Notes: a model not told the origin generated them from the sequence alone. Numbered from the stretch's first letter, positions 1 to 10,401 are shown. The stretch: DNA of 64,000 bases from Planctomycetota bacterium (GCA_016178505.1 JACOTG010000201.1:2413-66412); one strand, 5' to 3'. A program made the numbers and translations.

Positions 1-117
1 TTGCCGCAGCCGGACGGGCCGAGCAAGGTCAGGAGTTCTCCCGACTTCGCCTCCAGCGAGAGTCGTTCGATTCCGCCGCCGCTCTCGAAGCGGTGCGTGA
101 TCTCCTCGAAGCGGACG

Positions 118-1281
118 CTAGACATCGTGAAAAACCCGCTGCCTCCGACGAGACGTCGCCCTCGCGATCGCGAGGCCCGGGAGCAACACGACGATGCTTC
201 CCCAAAGCAGCGCTCGAATCCACGTCGGACGGTCGTCCGTTCGGCCGACGCTCCCCTCGGCAGCACCCGTGAATCCGCGCACCTCGGATTCCCAGAACTT
301 CATCCAGCCGGGCTCGAGCTTCGACAGCGTGATCCAATCGATGTCCTGCGGCTCGTAGTGAAGTGCGGCTTGCCAGGCCGGCAGCCGGTCGATCGGGATG
401 TCGCGGCGTGCGGGGATTCGAAAGTGCGCGTTCGCGAGACGCACGCTGGCGTCGATCGAGGTCGCGTACTCGTAGAACTGGCGCGCAAGGTCGGGCGAGG
501 GTCCACCCTTCACGACGGCGAGGCTGTCGGTGATCACGGGAACGTCGCGCTCCGGCACGACGGTCTCGAAGTGGTAGCCGTACCGCTCCCGCTGGAACAC
601 GATGTCCGTGAGATTCCAGACGGTGACCGTCGCTTCACCGCGCTCCATCATCTGATTGAGCAGCGTCGAGTCGGCAGCGTACCCCTTCGTGTTTCGCGCC
701 AGCTCGCGGAGCCAAACGGCCGCGCGCTCCGGTCGTGCCACGGGCCCATCGAGGCGCGCGACCGTCGCGGAAAAAAAGCTGCGCATCGTCCCCGACTCGA
801 TCGGATAGCGAATGACGATTTGGCCGCGGAACCGCGGATCGAGGAGTTCATCGAAAGTGCGGGGTGCATCTTCCGGACGAAGTCGCTCGGAGTTGTAGGC
901 GATGCAGATCGGAAGCGAAAACTGGCCGAACCAGAGATCGTGCGGGTCACGGGCGGCCTTCGGCACGGCATCGGCCCAGCTCGGTCGATAGGAATCGAGG
1001 AGTTTCTCCTCGGCGGCGCGGATGAAAAGGGTCGACGGCCCGCCCCACCAAAGGTCGGCCTGCGGGTTCCCGCGTTCCGCACGAATTCGGTCGAGGCAGG
1101 CCTGCGCACCGAGATCGAGCCAGCGAACGTCGACTCCCGGGTGGGCTTCCTCGAACCCACGTTCGAATTCCTCGAGGATGTCCTTGCCGTGCGGCGAGTA
1201 GATCGTGAGAGTGCGCGCGGGCGCCTCGCGTAGGAGGCTCGCGAAGAGGAATAGACTCGCCAGTGCCGGGAGATCGAGCAT
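118..1281 (-). CDS. ABC transporter periplasmic substrate-binding protein (SBP family 1, Fe3+/thiamine/polyamine type) with an unusual C-terminal TM helix and Arg-rich tail
   Basis: ORF 118..1518(-) trimmed to Met of MLDLPALASLFLFASLL (signal peptide). TLTIYSPHG...DLWWGGP pattern typical of FbpA/TbpA-like SBPs. The longer ORF N-terminus overlaps the neighbouring gene. C-terminus PTWIRALLWGSIVVLLPGLAIARATSRRRQR. Confidence 0.6.
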   Translation of the reverse strand: MLDLPALASLFLFASLLREAPARTLTIYSPHGKDILEEFERGFEEAHPGVDVRWLDLGAQACLDRIRAERGNPQADLWWGGPSTLFIRAAEEKLLDSYRPSWADAVPKAARDPHDLWFGQFSLPICIAYNSERLRPEDAPRTFDELLDPRFRGQIVIRYPIESGTMRSFFSATVARLDGPVARPERAAVWLRELARNTKGYAADSTLLNQMMERGEATVTVWNLTDIVFQRERYGYHFETVVPERDVPVITDSLAVVKGGPSPDLARQFYEYATSIDASVRLANAHFRIPARRDIPIDRLPAWQAALHYEPQDIDWITLSKLEPGWMKFWESEVRGFTGAAEGSVGRTDDRPTWIRALLWGSIVVLLPGLAIARATSRRRQRVFHDV

Positions 1282-1477
1282 CGCGGCCACTCTACCAGTC
1301 ACTTTGTCCCCGGCAAGCGCGCGCCGTCTCACGCTTCGTCGCCGCGGAAGGCTCTGATATGATCTCAAGCCCTTTTCGTCACGGGTCCGATAGCGAACCG
1401 TCGGCGGAAAGTGCGGCGGCCGTTGCGGGCGCGGAGGAGAGGACGGGGGACGCGCAGGAAACGAAAGGACCGTTTTT

Positions 1478-2788
1478 TTGAAGATCGGGATCCTCGGGGC
1501 CGGCGTGACCGGACTCATGACCGGTAATCTTCTCCGGGAGCGCGGCTACTCGGTTCAGCTCTTCGAGTCCGAGTCGAAGCCCGGCGGCCTTTGTCGTAGT
1601 TCCGTCGTCGACGGATTCGTCTTCGACTGGGCGGGCGGCCACATCCTCTACACGAAGGATCGCGAAGTCCACGATCACGTCACGCGCATCATCGGCGCCG
1701 ACCAAATCGTCGAGTCCGAACGGCAGACGAAGATCTTCTATCGCGGAAACTTCGTGAAGTACCCGTTCGAAAACGGACTCGCGGATCTGCCCAAGTCGGA
1801 CAACTTCGATTGTCTCGCCGGCTACATCGAGGCGGCGTTCGCACGACGCAACGGCGCCTCAGCGAAACCGTCGAACTTCAAGGACTGGGTGCTTTGGCGA
1901 TTCGGTCCAGGGATCGCGAAGCACTTCATGTTCCCGTACAACGAGAAGATCTGGAAGGCCGATCTCGCGTCGCTGAGCATCGATTGGGTCGACGGCCGTG
2001 TGCCCGATGCACCGATCGAGGACGTCATTCGATCTTCGATCGGGATTCCCACCGAGGGCTACACGCACCAGGCCCGATTCCGGTATCCCCGTCGCGGCGG
2101 GTTCGGAACGCTCACCGACAGACTCGCCGAGACGCTGGGCGAGGACGTTCGACTTTCAACGCCGGTCCTTCAAGTGCGCCGGCTTGGGAGCGAGTGGGAA
2201 GTCAACGGCGAGCGGTTCGACCGCGTGATCAATACGATTCCGCTACAAGAGCTATATCGTCGTCTCGAGGGCGCCGACCCGACGGCAAGAGCGGCGGCGG
2301 AAGGCCTTCAATTCCGCGGGCTGGTGTCCATTCTCATCGGAGTCGACGGACCGGAGCCAACTCGCCACTCCTGGATTTATCTGCCACACCCCGAGAACGG
2401 ACCAGCGAATCGGATCACTCATCTCGCCAACTACAGCCCAGAGAATGCGCCTCCGGGAAAGCACAGCCTTCTTGCCGAGGTCACGTACGAGGGCGACCTC
2501 CGCGTCGATCAACGTTTCGTCGACGACGTCGTCGACGGACTCCACAGAAGCGGCCTGGTCGACAAGAAGAAGGTCGTGACGACCGCATTTCACAAGAGTC
2601 ATTACGCTTACGTCCTGTTCACGCACGGCTTCCAGCGCAACCTCGACACGGCGACTCACTGGCTCGACTCGATCGGTCTCCACACGGCGGGGAGGTTCGG
2701 GCGGTACGAGTACTTGAACTCCGATCAATGCATGCGCCGGGCGATCGACCTCGTCGACAAGCACTTCCCACCCGTGAAATCGAACTGA
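1478..2788 (+). CDS. FAD-dependent oxidoreductase (amine oxidase / protoporphyrinogen oxidase / UDP-galactopyranose-mutase-like fold)
   Basis: N-terminal Rossmann motif IGILGAGVTGL...ESESKPGG. FPYNEKIW and GRFGRYEYLN motifs typical of this flavoenzyme family. TTG start as given by the ORF track. Confidence 0.6.
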   Translation: MKIGILGAGVTGLMTGNLLRERGYSVQLFESESKPGGLCRSSVVDGFVFDWAGGHILYTKDREVHDHVTRIIGADQIVESERQTKIFYRGNFVKYPFENGLADLPKSDNFDCLAGYIEAAFARRNGASAKPSNFKDWVLWRFGPGIAKHFMFPYNEKIWKADLASLSIDWVDGRVPDAPIEDVIRSSIGIPTEGYTHQARFRYPRRGGFGTLTDRLAETLGEDVRLSTPVLQVRRLGSEWEVNGERFDRVINTIPLQELYRRLEGADPTARAAAEGLQFRGLVSILIGVDGPEPTRHSWIYLPHPENGPANRITHLANYSPENAPPGKHSLLAEVTYEGDLRVDQRFVDDVVDGLHRSGLVDKKKVVTTAFHKSHYAYVLFTHGFQRNLDTATHWLDSIGLHTAGRFGRYEYLNSDQCMRRAIDLVDKHFPPVKSN

Positions 2789-3000
2789 CCTCCCGAGGAC
2801 TCCCGCGGACCGTCGCCTACGGTTACCCAACGAGCCGTGCGTCACGAGTCCGTGACTGCCCACGACGCGGTACACCTGCGATTCCCGCAGTTTCGACGCG
2901 GCACGCGCGGTGCGTCCCGCCCTTGCCGTCCCAGCGCCGGACGCAGGGGCGCGCGATCGACGTGATCGGAGGCGAACCGAGATCAGGGAGGTGACGAGCC

Positions 3001-4776
3001 ATGAACGCGATTCGATTGGCCACAATGATGTCGCTGTCCGTTCTCGGCGGGTTCTCGTCGGCACGCGCGCAGTGCCCTCCGATGCCGTCGAGGCCCGTGC
3101 CGCCGCCGTACGTCAAGCCGCTTCCCGCGAAGCCCAATGCCGGAGTGACGCCGAAGACCGAGGCCGGAGCCGCGCCCGCGCCGACGCCGGAGCCGACTTC
3201 GTGGTGGGGGCTTTGGGCGCGTGTCGGGGCACCATACGTCTTCGATCGGATCGCAGCCACGGAGCCAACGACGTCCGCCGCCGATTTCCTCCTTGGGCGA
3301 TCGGGCGGCCGATCGGCTCCTACGCGAGTGGCTCTCGTCCCCCGCGCAGCCGCCGACGCGTCAATCTCGGCGCTTCTCGACGCGCTCACGGATCCGAGCG
3401 CGGAGGTTCGCGCCGCGGCGGCAATCGCCGTTGGCCGCGCCGGTGATCCATTCGTGCGAGCTCGCCTCGAACGATCGCTCTCCGATTCGAACGACCGCGT
3501 ATGTGCATCGGCAACTCTGGGACTTGGCATGATGGGCGTGAACGACGAAGCCGACGCGCTCCGCCATCTCCTCGCTGACGACGTAGCTGGACGGCGACTC
3601 GCCAGACGGGAATCGGTTCCGACTGCCGCGAGGGCTTCCGCGGCGAGGGCTCTCGGGTTCCTCCGCGATGCGTCGAGCAGCGGTGCGTTGATCGCCGTCC
3701 TCACTGGCCGCGGGAGCGGCGCCCAGGACGACGTTGCACTCGCCGCGCTAGAAGCGCTGGGGTCGATCGATTCGGACGCGTCGACGTCCGCGCTCGTCGG
3801 CATCGCGTCGAGTGGCGGTCAAAGCGACGTGAGGCGTGCGTCTGCACTGGAATCGCTCGGGCGACGTGGAGCCCGCGCCGGTCTGCCATTGGCGATGCGT
3901 GCCTTGCGGGACGGAGGACGCGAGAGCGCGAGGTCTGCCGCTTTGGCGCTCGGTCGGCTTGTCTCGTCGGCCGATTCACGCGTGGTTGCCGAAATCGGGG
4001 TGCTCGCGGAGCGCCACGACCGTGACCCGATCACTCGCGGCATCGCTTGTTTGGCCCTCGGTGCGCTCGGAGGTCGCGACGCGCAGGAGATTCTCGGCCG
4101 AGTGATCCAACGCGACCGTTCCGACGCCGCGCAATTTTCAGCGATTGCGCTCGGGTTCCTCGCTCGAACCACGACGCCAACCGTGACGGCGATGGGCGAG
4201 ACGGCGACGTCGATCCTCCTCGCTTCGATGGCATCGGCAGACCAGCGCGGCGCTGATTTCCGCGCTGCCGTCGCACTGGCCCTTGGTCTCGCGCGGGCCC
4301 ACGATGCGGAAGAGGAACTCCATGTCATGCTGAACTCGCCGGGAGACAAGCTCGTCCGGGTTCGAGGCTCCGCGGCGATCGCGCTCGGCCTCCTCGGTTC
4401 TCACGTCGCTGTCCCCGACATTGCGGCGCTCACCAGGCGATGCGGGATCGAGCAACTGCCCCAGTGCGGCGTGGGGCTCGCACTCCTTTCGAGGCGTCAA
4501 TCTGCGGCCGAGATCGAAGCGCGGCTTTTTTCTGCTGAGACCGACGTCGAGCGCGTCGCGGCCGTCGCAACGCTGGGTTCGATCCGTTCACTGGACTCGG
4601 TCCCGGTTCTCGTTGCCGCCGCACGCGATCGATCCTCGTCCGAATCGCTTCGATCCGCCGCGATCTCGGCGCTAGGCCGCATCGTGGACGCGAGGACCAT
4701 CCCAATCGTGGTCTCGTCGAATTCCGTCGATTCGACCATGGAGCGCGCGGTATCCGATCTGCTTTCTCGACTCTGA
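3001..4776 (+). CDS. secreted HEAT/PBS-lyase-type repeat protein
   Basis: Signal peptide MNAIRLATMMSLSVLGGFSSARAQ. Repeated DP..VRAAAA.ALG..G motifs (HEAT-like). RBS gggagg 7 nt upstream of the ATG. Confidence 0.6.
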   Translation: MNAIRLATMMSLSVLGGFSSARAQCPPMPSRPVPPPYVKPLPAKPNAGVTPKTEAGAAPAPTPEPTSWWGLWARVGAPYVFDRIAATEPTTSAADFLLGRSGGRSAPTRVALVPRAAADASISALLDALTDPSAEVRAAAAIAVGRAGDPFVRARLERSLSDSNDRVCASATLGLGMMGVNDEADALRHLLADDVAGRRLARRESVPTAARASAARALGFLRDASSSGALIAVLTGRGSGAQDDVALAALEALGSIDSDASTSALVGIASSGGQSDVRRASALESLGRRGARAGLPLAMRALRDGGRESARSAALALGRLVSSADSRVVAEIGVLAERHDRDPITRGIACLALGALGGRDAQEILGRVIQRDRSDAAQFSAIALGFLARTTTPTVTAMGETATSILLASMASADQRGADFRAAVALALGLARAHDAEEELHVMLNSPGDKLVRVRGSAAIALGLLGSHVAVPDIAALTRRCGIEQLPQCGVGLALLSRRQSAAEIEARLFSAETDVERVAAVATLGSIRSLDSVPVLVAAARDRSSSESLRSAAISALGRIVDARTIPIVVSSNSVDSTMERAVSDLLSRL

Positions 4777-4781
4777 TTTCA

Positions 4782-4827
4782 CATTGCAGCCCGCCCTCCG
4801 GCACGCGCGGGCTGCAATGTCGTTTTT
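4782..4827 (+). terminator. rho-independent terminator after the HEAT-repeat gene
   Basis: Perfect 13-bp inverted repeat cattgcagcccgc / gcgggctgcaatg with a 12-nt loop, followed by tcgttttt. Confidence 0.6.
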
Positions 4828-4854
4828 GACTTGAGCCACGCCGCCGCCTATACT
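4826..4854 (+). promoter_or_regulatory. sigma-70-like promoter (TTGACT-N17-TATACT) upstream of the kinase-activator fusion gene
   Basis: ttgact at 4826-4831, 17-nt spacer, tatact at 4849-4854, about 70 nt upstream of the ATG at 4926. Confidence 0.45.
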
Positions 4855-4925
4855 CGCGCGCGCGAAGTCGGAGGTAGCCTTTCCTCCCTCCCTAAGTCGA
4901 GCCGAGTGCCGCCACCGAAACACCC

Positions 4926-7900
4926 ATGATCGTCAACGGCCGGTATCGCGTCGCACGCGAGTTGGGGCACGGCTCGTATGCCAAGGTGTATCTGGCATCG
5001 GACAAAGAGCGACCCGGCGCGCACGTAGCTCTCAAGATCCTCGATCTCCCGGCGGACACCGCGGCGCCACGAACCGCCGACACGCGGGACGACGACGCGC
5101 GAACGGCATCACGCGACATCAAGAAGGAATTCCGTCTCCTCACACGCCTCCGCCATCCGAATCTGGAGGAGGTGTACGACTTCGGCGTGGACCGCGACAC
5201 CGGCCATCTCTTCTTCACTGCGGAATTCATCGAAGGGTCGGATTTCGTCACTGCAATCAGGACTGCCACGCCCGACGAGTTCGTGCGATTCGTCGTTCAG
5301 ATCCTCGAAGCTCTCGAGTTCATCCACGGTCGGGACGTCGTTCATGGCGATCTCAAGCCGGAAAACGTGCTTGTCTGTGCCGCGACGGACGACGGCTCCG
5401 TCGCACGGCAAGTCAAGCTCCTCGACTTCGGACTTGCGGGCGCGCGACGACGGCTTGCTTCGGGAGACGGCGGAGCACGTGGCACGCTCGGCTACGCGGC
5501 CCCGGAGGCTGTCATGGGCCGCGAGGTCGATGCACGCTCCGATCTCTACGCGCTCGGGATCCTCCTGTTTCAATCCATCACCGGCGCGTTACCGGCGACG
5601 AAGGCCGCACTCGGTTCGCGCGAGCATTGGAGCGAGATCGAGATGATCGTGCGCGAGAAGTCGACCCAGTTTCCCGAGCCGTTCGCGACGATGCTTCCGA
5701 GGCTCGTCGCCGAAGATCCCAACGCGCGTTGGACCTCTGCGCGCGAAGTTCTCGATCTCCTTCGTCGGGCGCAAGTCGGTTCCGTTCGTGATCCGGCGTC
5801 GTCTCGCATCCCTGCCGAAGTGCCGTTCGTCGGGCGTCGCGAGGAGCTCGCGATCCTCCGACGACTTCACGACGACGTTGCCGAACGGAAGCACGGCCCG
5901 CGAGTCGCGGTCGTCGTCGGCGAGCCGGGCTGCGGCAAGGGGCGACTTCTAGATGAGCTGAAGTACCACGGACAACTGCGCGAAGGGGACGTCGTGTCCG
6001 TGAACGCAGCTGGAGCCGGCGACTCGGCACTGGCCCTGATTCGCCAGATCGTGCGAAGGCTCTCCGAGTCACTCGACCCGTCGGATCTCGCAGCGCACGC
6101 CTCCCTTTTCGCGTCGCTCGGGCTTCGCGACGGGGAGGGTCGGGTCCTGACGCGACCGGTGTTGGGAGCGATGTTCGTTCGCTTTCTGTTGGCGCTCGCG
6201 GATCAACGGCCGCGCACGATCGTAGTGAAGAACGTCGGCGTCGCCGACGCAGCGAGTCGGGACTTGTTGGCTCACGCCGCGTGGCGGCTGTCAGTCGAAG
6301 GTGAGGCCGGTCGAGCGCCGTTGCTCCTCGTCTTCTCTCTCGATCCGGCGATCGCTACACCGGGATTCGAGGCGGACCTTCGCGCCGAGGGAAAAGCGGT
6401 AGAGATCCGCCTTTCGGGTTTCGACGTCACCGAAAGCCGTGCGTTTCTCCAGTCGTTTCTCGGGGGCGGCTCGGCAACGTCGGACCGAGCGGCGTTCGAG
6501 CGATTCGCCGACGAACTTCATGGCGAGTCGAAGGGAAACCCATTGTTCCTTCGTGACCTTCTGCGCTTCGTTGCGGACTCGGGGCGGCTCGCGTGGGACG
6601 CCGGGAACTGGCGGATCCAGCGGACGAAGGGTCGCGGACCGGCGCTTCCGCGTGCGGTATCGGCACTGCTCGAGGCGCGATATCGATCGCTCGACGCGCC
6701 GATGGCATCGGTGTTGGAGGCGTTGTCGGTGGCGAGGCGGCCCATTCATGCTTCGTTGATCGCGACATCGGTAGGCATTCTAGAGCCAGAGGCTCGAGCT
6801 CTCGTCGAGAAGCTTGTCGCGCTCGGAGTCGCTTCACGGGATCCCAAATCGGATCTGTTCTCGACAGGACACCCGCTCATGCAGGCGGTCGTCGAGCGCT
6901 CGCTGGCGGAAGAAAAACGCCAGGCGCTCCATGCTCGCCTCGGCGAAGCCATGTTGGCGACTTTGGGCGATCCGAATGGGCCGGGCGCAGGCGACGTTGC
7001 TCGGCATCTTCTCGCCAGCGCGACTCCGCGTCTGGGGATCAAAATCGCACTTCTCGCGGCGGACGAGGCATTGGAGCGTGGCGATCCGGGCGCGGCAGCC
7101 GACCTCTTTGCGCGCGTCGCCGAAATCGTTGAGTCGCCGGACGCGCGCCCGCCGAGAGGTAAGGGCGTCAATGGGACGCCGCCCGTCAGCGAGATTCACG
7201 TGCGCCACGGCACGGCGGCGTTGCGAGCTGGGCGATTCGAGGAAGCGGAATCTGCCGTTCGTGCCGCGATGCAGGGTGAACGCGACCCCGCGAGGCAAGC
7301 TGCGCTCACTCGCTCGCTCGGCGAAGCACGTCAGCGACGGGGAGATTTCGACGGTGCGCTCGCCGCGTACGAAGAAGCGCTTGCCATGGCGCGCAAGTCG
7401 GACGATCCAGCGACTGAGGCACTCGCACAGAACGCCGTCGGCTATTTGCACTCGCTTTGCGGACGGTACGAGCAGGCGCTTCGTGCGGCTCAGTCCGGGC
7501 TCGATCGACTTCGATCGGCGAGGACGCGCGAGCGCGCACTCTTGCTGAACTTGAAAGCCGTGTGTGAGCTTCGGCTCGGGCGCCACGAGGCGGCCATAGA
7601 ATCGGCGCGGGCAAGCCTATCGCTTTTCGAGGAGCTGTCGGACGAGTCGGGTCAGGCGTCGGCGCTCAACAACCTCGGCATCATCTACGACCGTCGTGGC
7701 GAGACGCCGCTCTCGCTGGAGGCGTATCGAAACGCCGCGCGCCTCTATGAGAAGGCCGGAAACGTCTCCGATCACGCGACGACGTTCAACAACATGGGAA
7801 CGGTTCTCCTTCTTCAGGGTGCGCTCGGTCCAGCTCGGGAACTCTTCGAGAAGAGCCTTGCGATGCGCGAAGAATTGGGAGATCGCTACGGCGTCGCCAC

Positions 7901-10292
7901 GTCCATCGCGAACCTCGGTACGGTGGCACGCGACGCCGGGCGCTTCGCGGACGCCCTCGATCGATACGAGCGAAGTCTCGCGCTGTTCGAACGCGTCGGA
8001 AGTCCGCGCGAGGAAACCATCGTTCGAAACCACCGAGCCGACCTCTTTCTGCAGCTTGGTGACGCCGACGCCGCGCGCTCCGAAATCGCCCGGGCTTCGT
8101 CGATTGCCAAGGCACACAAGCTTGCCACGGAAACCGCGCGATCGACCCTGTTCAGCGCGCGACTCGTGTTGCTGGAGCATGCCGCGACCGGAGATCCGGC
8201 GTGTCTCGCGAAGGCGCGCGAGGCGTTGAGCGCGGCCGATTCGATGTTGCGCGAGATCGGCGACGCACGGCTGCGATGCGAGGTTCTCCTCGATGTCGCT
8301 GACGTCGACTTCGAGCGCGGCGACGCGTCGTCCGCCAGAGAGTCGGCAAACGAAGCAAAACGCATCGCGGACTCGTTGCGCCACGTCGATCTATCCGCGC
8401 GAGCCGCCATGGCGTGCGCGCACGCGAGCGACGACTCCGATGCCCGGCTGAGGCTTCTCGTGTTTGCCGGAGAGCGTGCCGTCGAATCGAGCCGTCCGAT
8501 CGTTTGTGCGCGGGCGTCGTCGGCCCTTGCCGCAGAGTACGGCCGACGCGGAGACGCGAAGTCGGGGGGGGAGTGGCTCGTGCGCGCGGAAAAGGCGATG
8601 GCACAACTCCGCCTTGGCGTACCCGCTGCGCGGCGCGCCGCGTTCGATCGATCGCCCGTCGTCGCCGCCATCGATTTCGCCATGCGTGCGGCGCGGGAAG
8701 TCCCAGCGCCGGCGACCACGACCGCCGCTGGCGCAGACATGGAGCGCGCGGGCCGTGCGTCGATGATTGCGCTTCTGGAGATCAACAAGCGTCTGAACAC
8801 CGAAGGCGACTTCGATCGGCTCCTCGAGTTCATCATAGACTCCGCGATCCGGCTGACGAACGCCGAGCGAGGGTTTCTGGTGTTGACCGGAGACGACGGC
8901 TTGTCGTTCCGCGTGGCTCGCAATTTCAACATGCGCGACATCGATCGCCCCGAATTCGCCGTGAGCCGCTCGATCCTGAATGAGGTGATCGGAAGCGGTC
9001 GGCCGATGATCACCTCGGACGCGCAAGCGGACGCACGGCTTCGCGCATTCACCAGCGTCAGCGACTTGAAGCTGTCTTCGATCCTGTGCACGCCATTCAA
9101 GGCGAAGGATCGCGTGCTCGGGGCCATCTATGTCGACAACCGATTCGAACGAGGACTCTTCGGAGAGGTCGACCTCGAGCTGCTGAAGGCGTTCGCGGAC
9201 CAAGCCGCGATCGCGATCCAAAACTTGCGCCGTACGGCCGAGATCGAGGCGCTGAATCAACGACTCGCCGAGCGCGTGCAGATCCAAGCAACTGAAATCG
9301 AGGGGGCGCGAAAGGAGCGCGAACGGGAAAGCGAGGGGTTCCGACGGCGTTTTGCAGAGATCATCGGCCAAAGCCGGAAGATGCAAGACGTCTATCGACT
9401 CATCGACAAGCTCGCGCCGAGCGACATTCCCGTGTTGATTCTCGGCGAGAGCGGCACGGGAAAGGAACTCGTCGCGAAGGCGATCCACGCGGCGAGCGTG
9501 CGCAAGGACAAGATCTTCTTGTCCGAGAACTGCTCGTCGATTCCAACGACGCTGCTCGAAAGCGAGCTGTTCGGGTATGCAAGGGGCGCTTTCACGGGCG
9601 CCGTCGGCGACAAGAAAGGACTGTTCGAGCTCGCCCACGGCGGAACGATCTTCCTCGACGAAATCGGAGACATGCCGCCGGAGATGCAGATGAAGCTCCT
9701 GCGCGTGTTGCAAGAGCGTGAGTTTCGTCCGCTCGGCGCCAAGGACGTTCGGCACGTCGACGTCCGATTGGTCTCAGCGACCAATCGGGATCTCCCTCGC
9801 GCGGTCGGCGAAGGCTCGTTTCGCAGCGATCTCTACTATCGAATCAATGGAGCAACGATCGTGCTTCCGCCGCTTCGAGAGCGGGCCGAAGACATTCCCC
9901 TGCTGCTAGACCACTTTCTAGCGAAGTTCAGTCGCGAATCGGGCGTGCACCACGAGTTGTCTCCCGATGCGAGAAAGGTGCTTCTCTCGTGGCGTTGGCC
10001 GGGCAACGTTCGCGAACTGGAGAACGAGGTTCGGCGCGCGGTCGCGCTCGGCGATCGCGTCATTGACGTCAATCTGCTGTCGCCCGATATCCGCGAAGCG
10101 CGTGTAGCACTCGTGGATCCGGCGACGTGTGCCAGCCCGCCGATCAAATCGCTCGAGGAGATGGAAAAGCAAGCGATTGCGGTGGCACTCCAGCAATGCT
10201 CCGGCAACAAGCCGGAGGCGGCGCGTCGCCTCGGCATTTCGCTCGCCTCGATCTACGTGAAGATCAAGCGGTACGGGATTCAAACCAAATAG
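4926..10292 (+). CDS. multidomain signalling protein: Ser/Thr protein kinase, STAND (MalT/PknK-like) P-loop NTPase, TPR repeats, GAF, sigma-54 interaction (AAA+) domain and Fis-type HTH (1788 aa)
   Basis: Kinase motifs GHGSYAKVY, HGDLKPENVLV, DFGLA, GTLGYAAPE. P-loop GEPGCGKGRLL (nt ~5921) and GNPLFLRDLL. TPR-like repeats in aa ~750-1100. GAF (LGAIYVDNRF). Sigma-54 AAA+ motifs LILGESGTGKE (nt ~9431), ESELFGY, GAFTGA, ELENEVRRA. C-terminal HTH AARRLGISLASIYVKIKRYGI. Confidence 0.8.
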   Translation: MIVNGRYRVARELGHGSYAKVYLASDKERPGAHVALKILDLPADTAAPRTADTRDDDARTASRDIKKEFRLLTRLRHPNLEEVYDFGVDRDTGHLFFTAEFIEGSDFVTAIRTATPDEFVRFVVQILEALEFIHGRDVVHGDLKPENVLVCAATDDGSVARQVKLLDFGLAGARRRLASGDGGARGTLGYAAPEAVMGREVDARSDLYALGILLFQSITGALPATKAALGSREHWSEIEMIVREKSTQFPEPFATMLPRLVAEDPNARWTSAREVLDLLRRAQVGSVRDPASSRIPAEVPFVGRREELAILRRLHDDVAERKHGPRVAVVVGEPGCGKGRLLDELKYHGQLREGDVVSVNAAGAGDSALALIRQIVRRLSESLDPSDLAAHASLFASLGLRDGEGRVLTRPVLGAMFVRFLLALADQRPRTIVVKNVGVADAASRDLLAHAAWRLSVEGEAGRAPLLLVFSLDPAIATPGFEADLRAEGKAVEIRLSGFDVTESRAFLQSFLGGGSATSDRAAFERFADELHGESKGNPLFLRDLLRFVADSGRLAWDAGNWRIQRTKGRGPALPRAVSALLEARYRSLDAPMASVLEALSVARRPIHASLIATSVGILEPEARALVEKLVALGVASRDPKSDLFSTGHPLMQAVVERSLAEEKRQALHARLGEAMLATLGDPNGPGAGDVARHLLASATPRLGIKIALLAADEALERGDPGAAADLFARVAEIVESPDARPPRGKGVNGTPPVSEIHVRHGTAALRAGRFEEAESAVRAAMQGERDPARQAALTRSLGEARQRRGDFDGALAAYEEALAMARKSDDPATEALAQNAVGYLHSLCGRYEQALRAAQSGLDRLRSARTRERALLLNLKAVCELRLGRHEAAIESARASLSLFEELSDESGQASALNNLGIIYDRRGETPLSLEAYRNAARLYEKAGNVSDHATTFNNMGTVLLLQGALGPARELFEKSLAMREELGDRYGVATSIANLGTVARDAGRFADALDRYERSLALFERVGSPREETIVRNHRADLFLQLGDADAARSEIARASSIAKAHKLATETARSTLFSARLVLLEHAATGDPACLAKAREALSAADSMLREIGDARLRCEVLLDVADVDFERGDASSARESANEAKRIADSLRHVDLSARAAMACAHASDDSDARLRLLVFAGERAVESSRPIVCARASSALAAEYGRRGDAKSGGEWLVRAEKAMAQLRLGVPAARRAAFDRSPVVAAIDFAMRAAREVPAPATTTAAGADMERAGRASMIALLEINKRLNTEGDFDRLLEFIIDSAIRLTNAERGFLVLTGDDGLSFRVARNFNMRDIDRPEFAVSRSILNEVIGSGRPMITSDAQADARLRAFTSVSDLKLSSILCTPFKAKDRVLGAIYVDNRFERGLFGEVDLELLKAFADQAAIAIQNLRRTAEIEALNQRLAERVQIQATEIEGARKERERESEGFRRRFAEIIGQSRKMQDVYRLIDKLAPSDIPVLILGESGTGKELVAKAIHAASVRKDKIFLSENCSSIPTTLLESELFGYARGAFTGAVGDKKGLFELAHGGTIFLDEIGDMPPEMQMKLLRVLQEREFRPLGAKDVRHVDVRLVSATNRDLPRAVGEGSFRSDLYYRINGATIVLPPLRERAEDIPLLLDHFLAKFSRESGVHHELSPDARKVLLSWRWPGNVRELENEVRRAVALGDRVIDVNLLSPDIREARVALVDPATCASPPIKSLEEMEKQAIAVALQQCSGNKPEAARRLGISLASIYVKIKRYGIQTK

Positions 10293-10322
10293 CCTGGGCT
10301 CTACACGGCGGCATCATTTTTG

Positions 10323-10351
10323 TTGCGATGCGCTTTCGTGACGGCTAGATT
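10323..10351 (+). promoter_or_regulatory. possible sigma-70 promoter (TTGCGA-N17-TAGATT) upstream of the Kelch/dockerin gene
   Basis: Hexamers read by eye in the AT-richer intergenic region 10293-10401. Confidence 0.3.
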
Positions 10352-10401
10352 GAATTGCACAACACTAGTGAGTCGGGGCTGTTCGAGGGTCGTTTGAGGG
10401 G

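Noticed and set aside
1-1233. 410-aa + strand ORF
   Set aside because: Antisense to the well-supported SBP gene (118-1281, -). Arg/Pro-rich low-complexity translation typical of spurious ORFs in high-GC DNA.
1810-2994. 394-aa + strand ORF overlapping the FAD oxidoreductase in another frame
   Set aside because: Extremely Arg-rich, no motifs. The overlapping frame has clear Rossmann/FAD motifs.
8391-9755. 454-aa and 413-aa minus-strand ORFs inside the kinase-activator gene
   Set aside because: Antisense to a gene with unambiguous kinase/GAF/AAA+ motifs. Composition-driven open frames.
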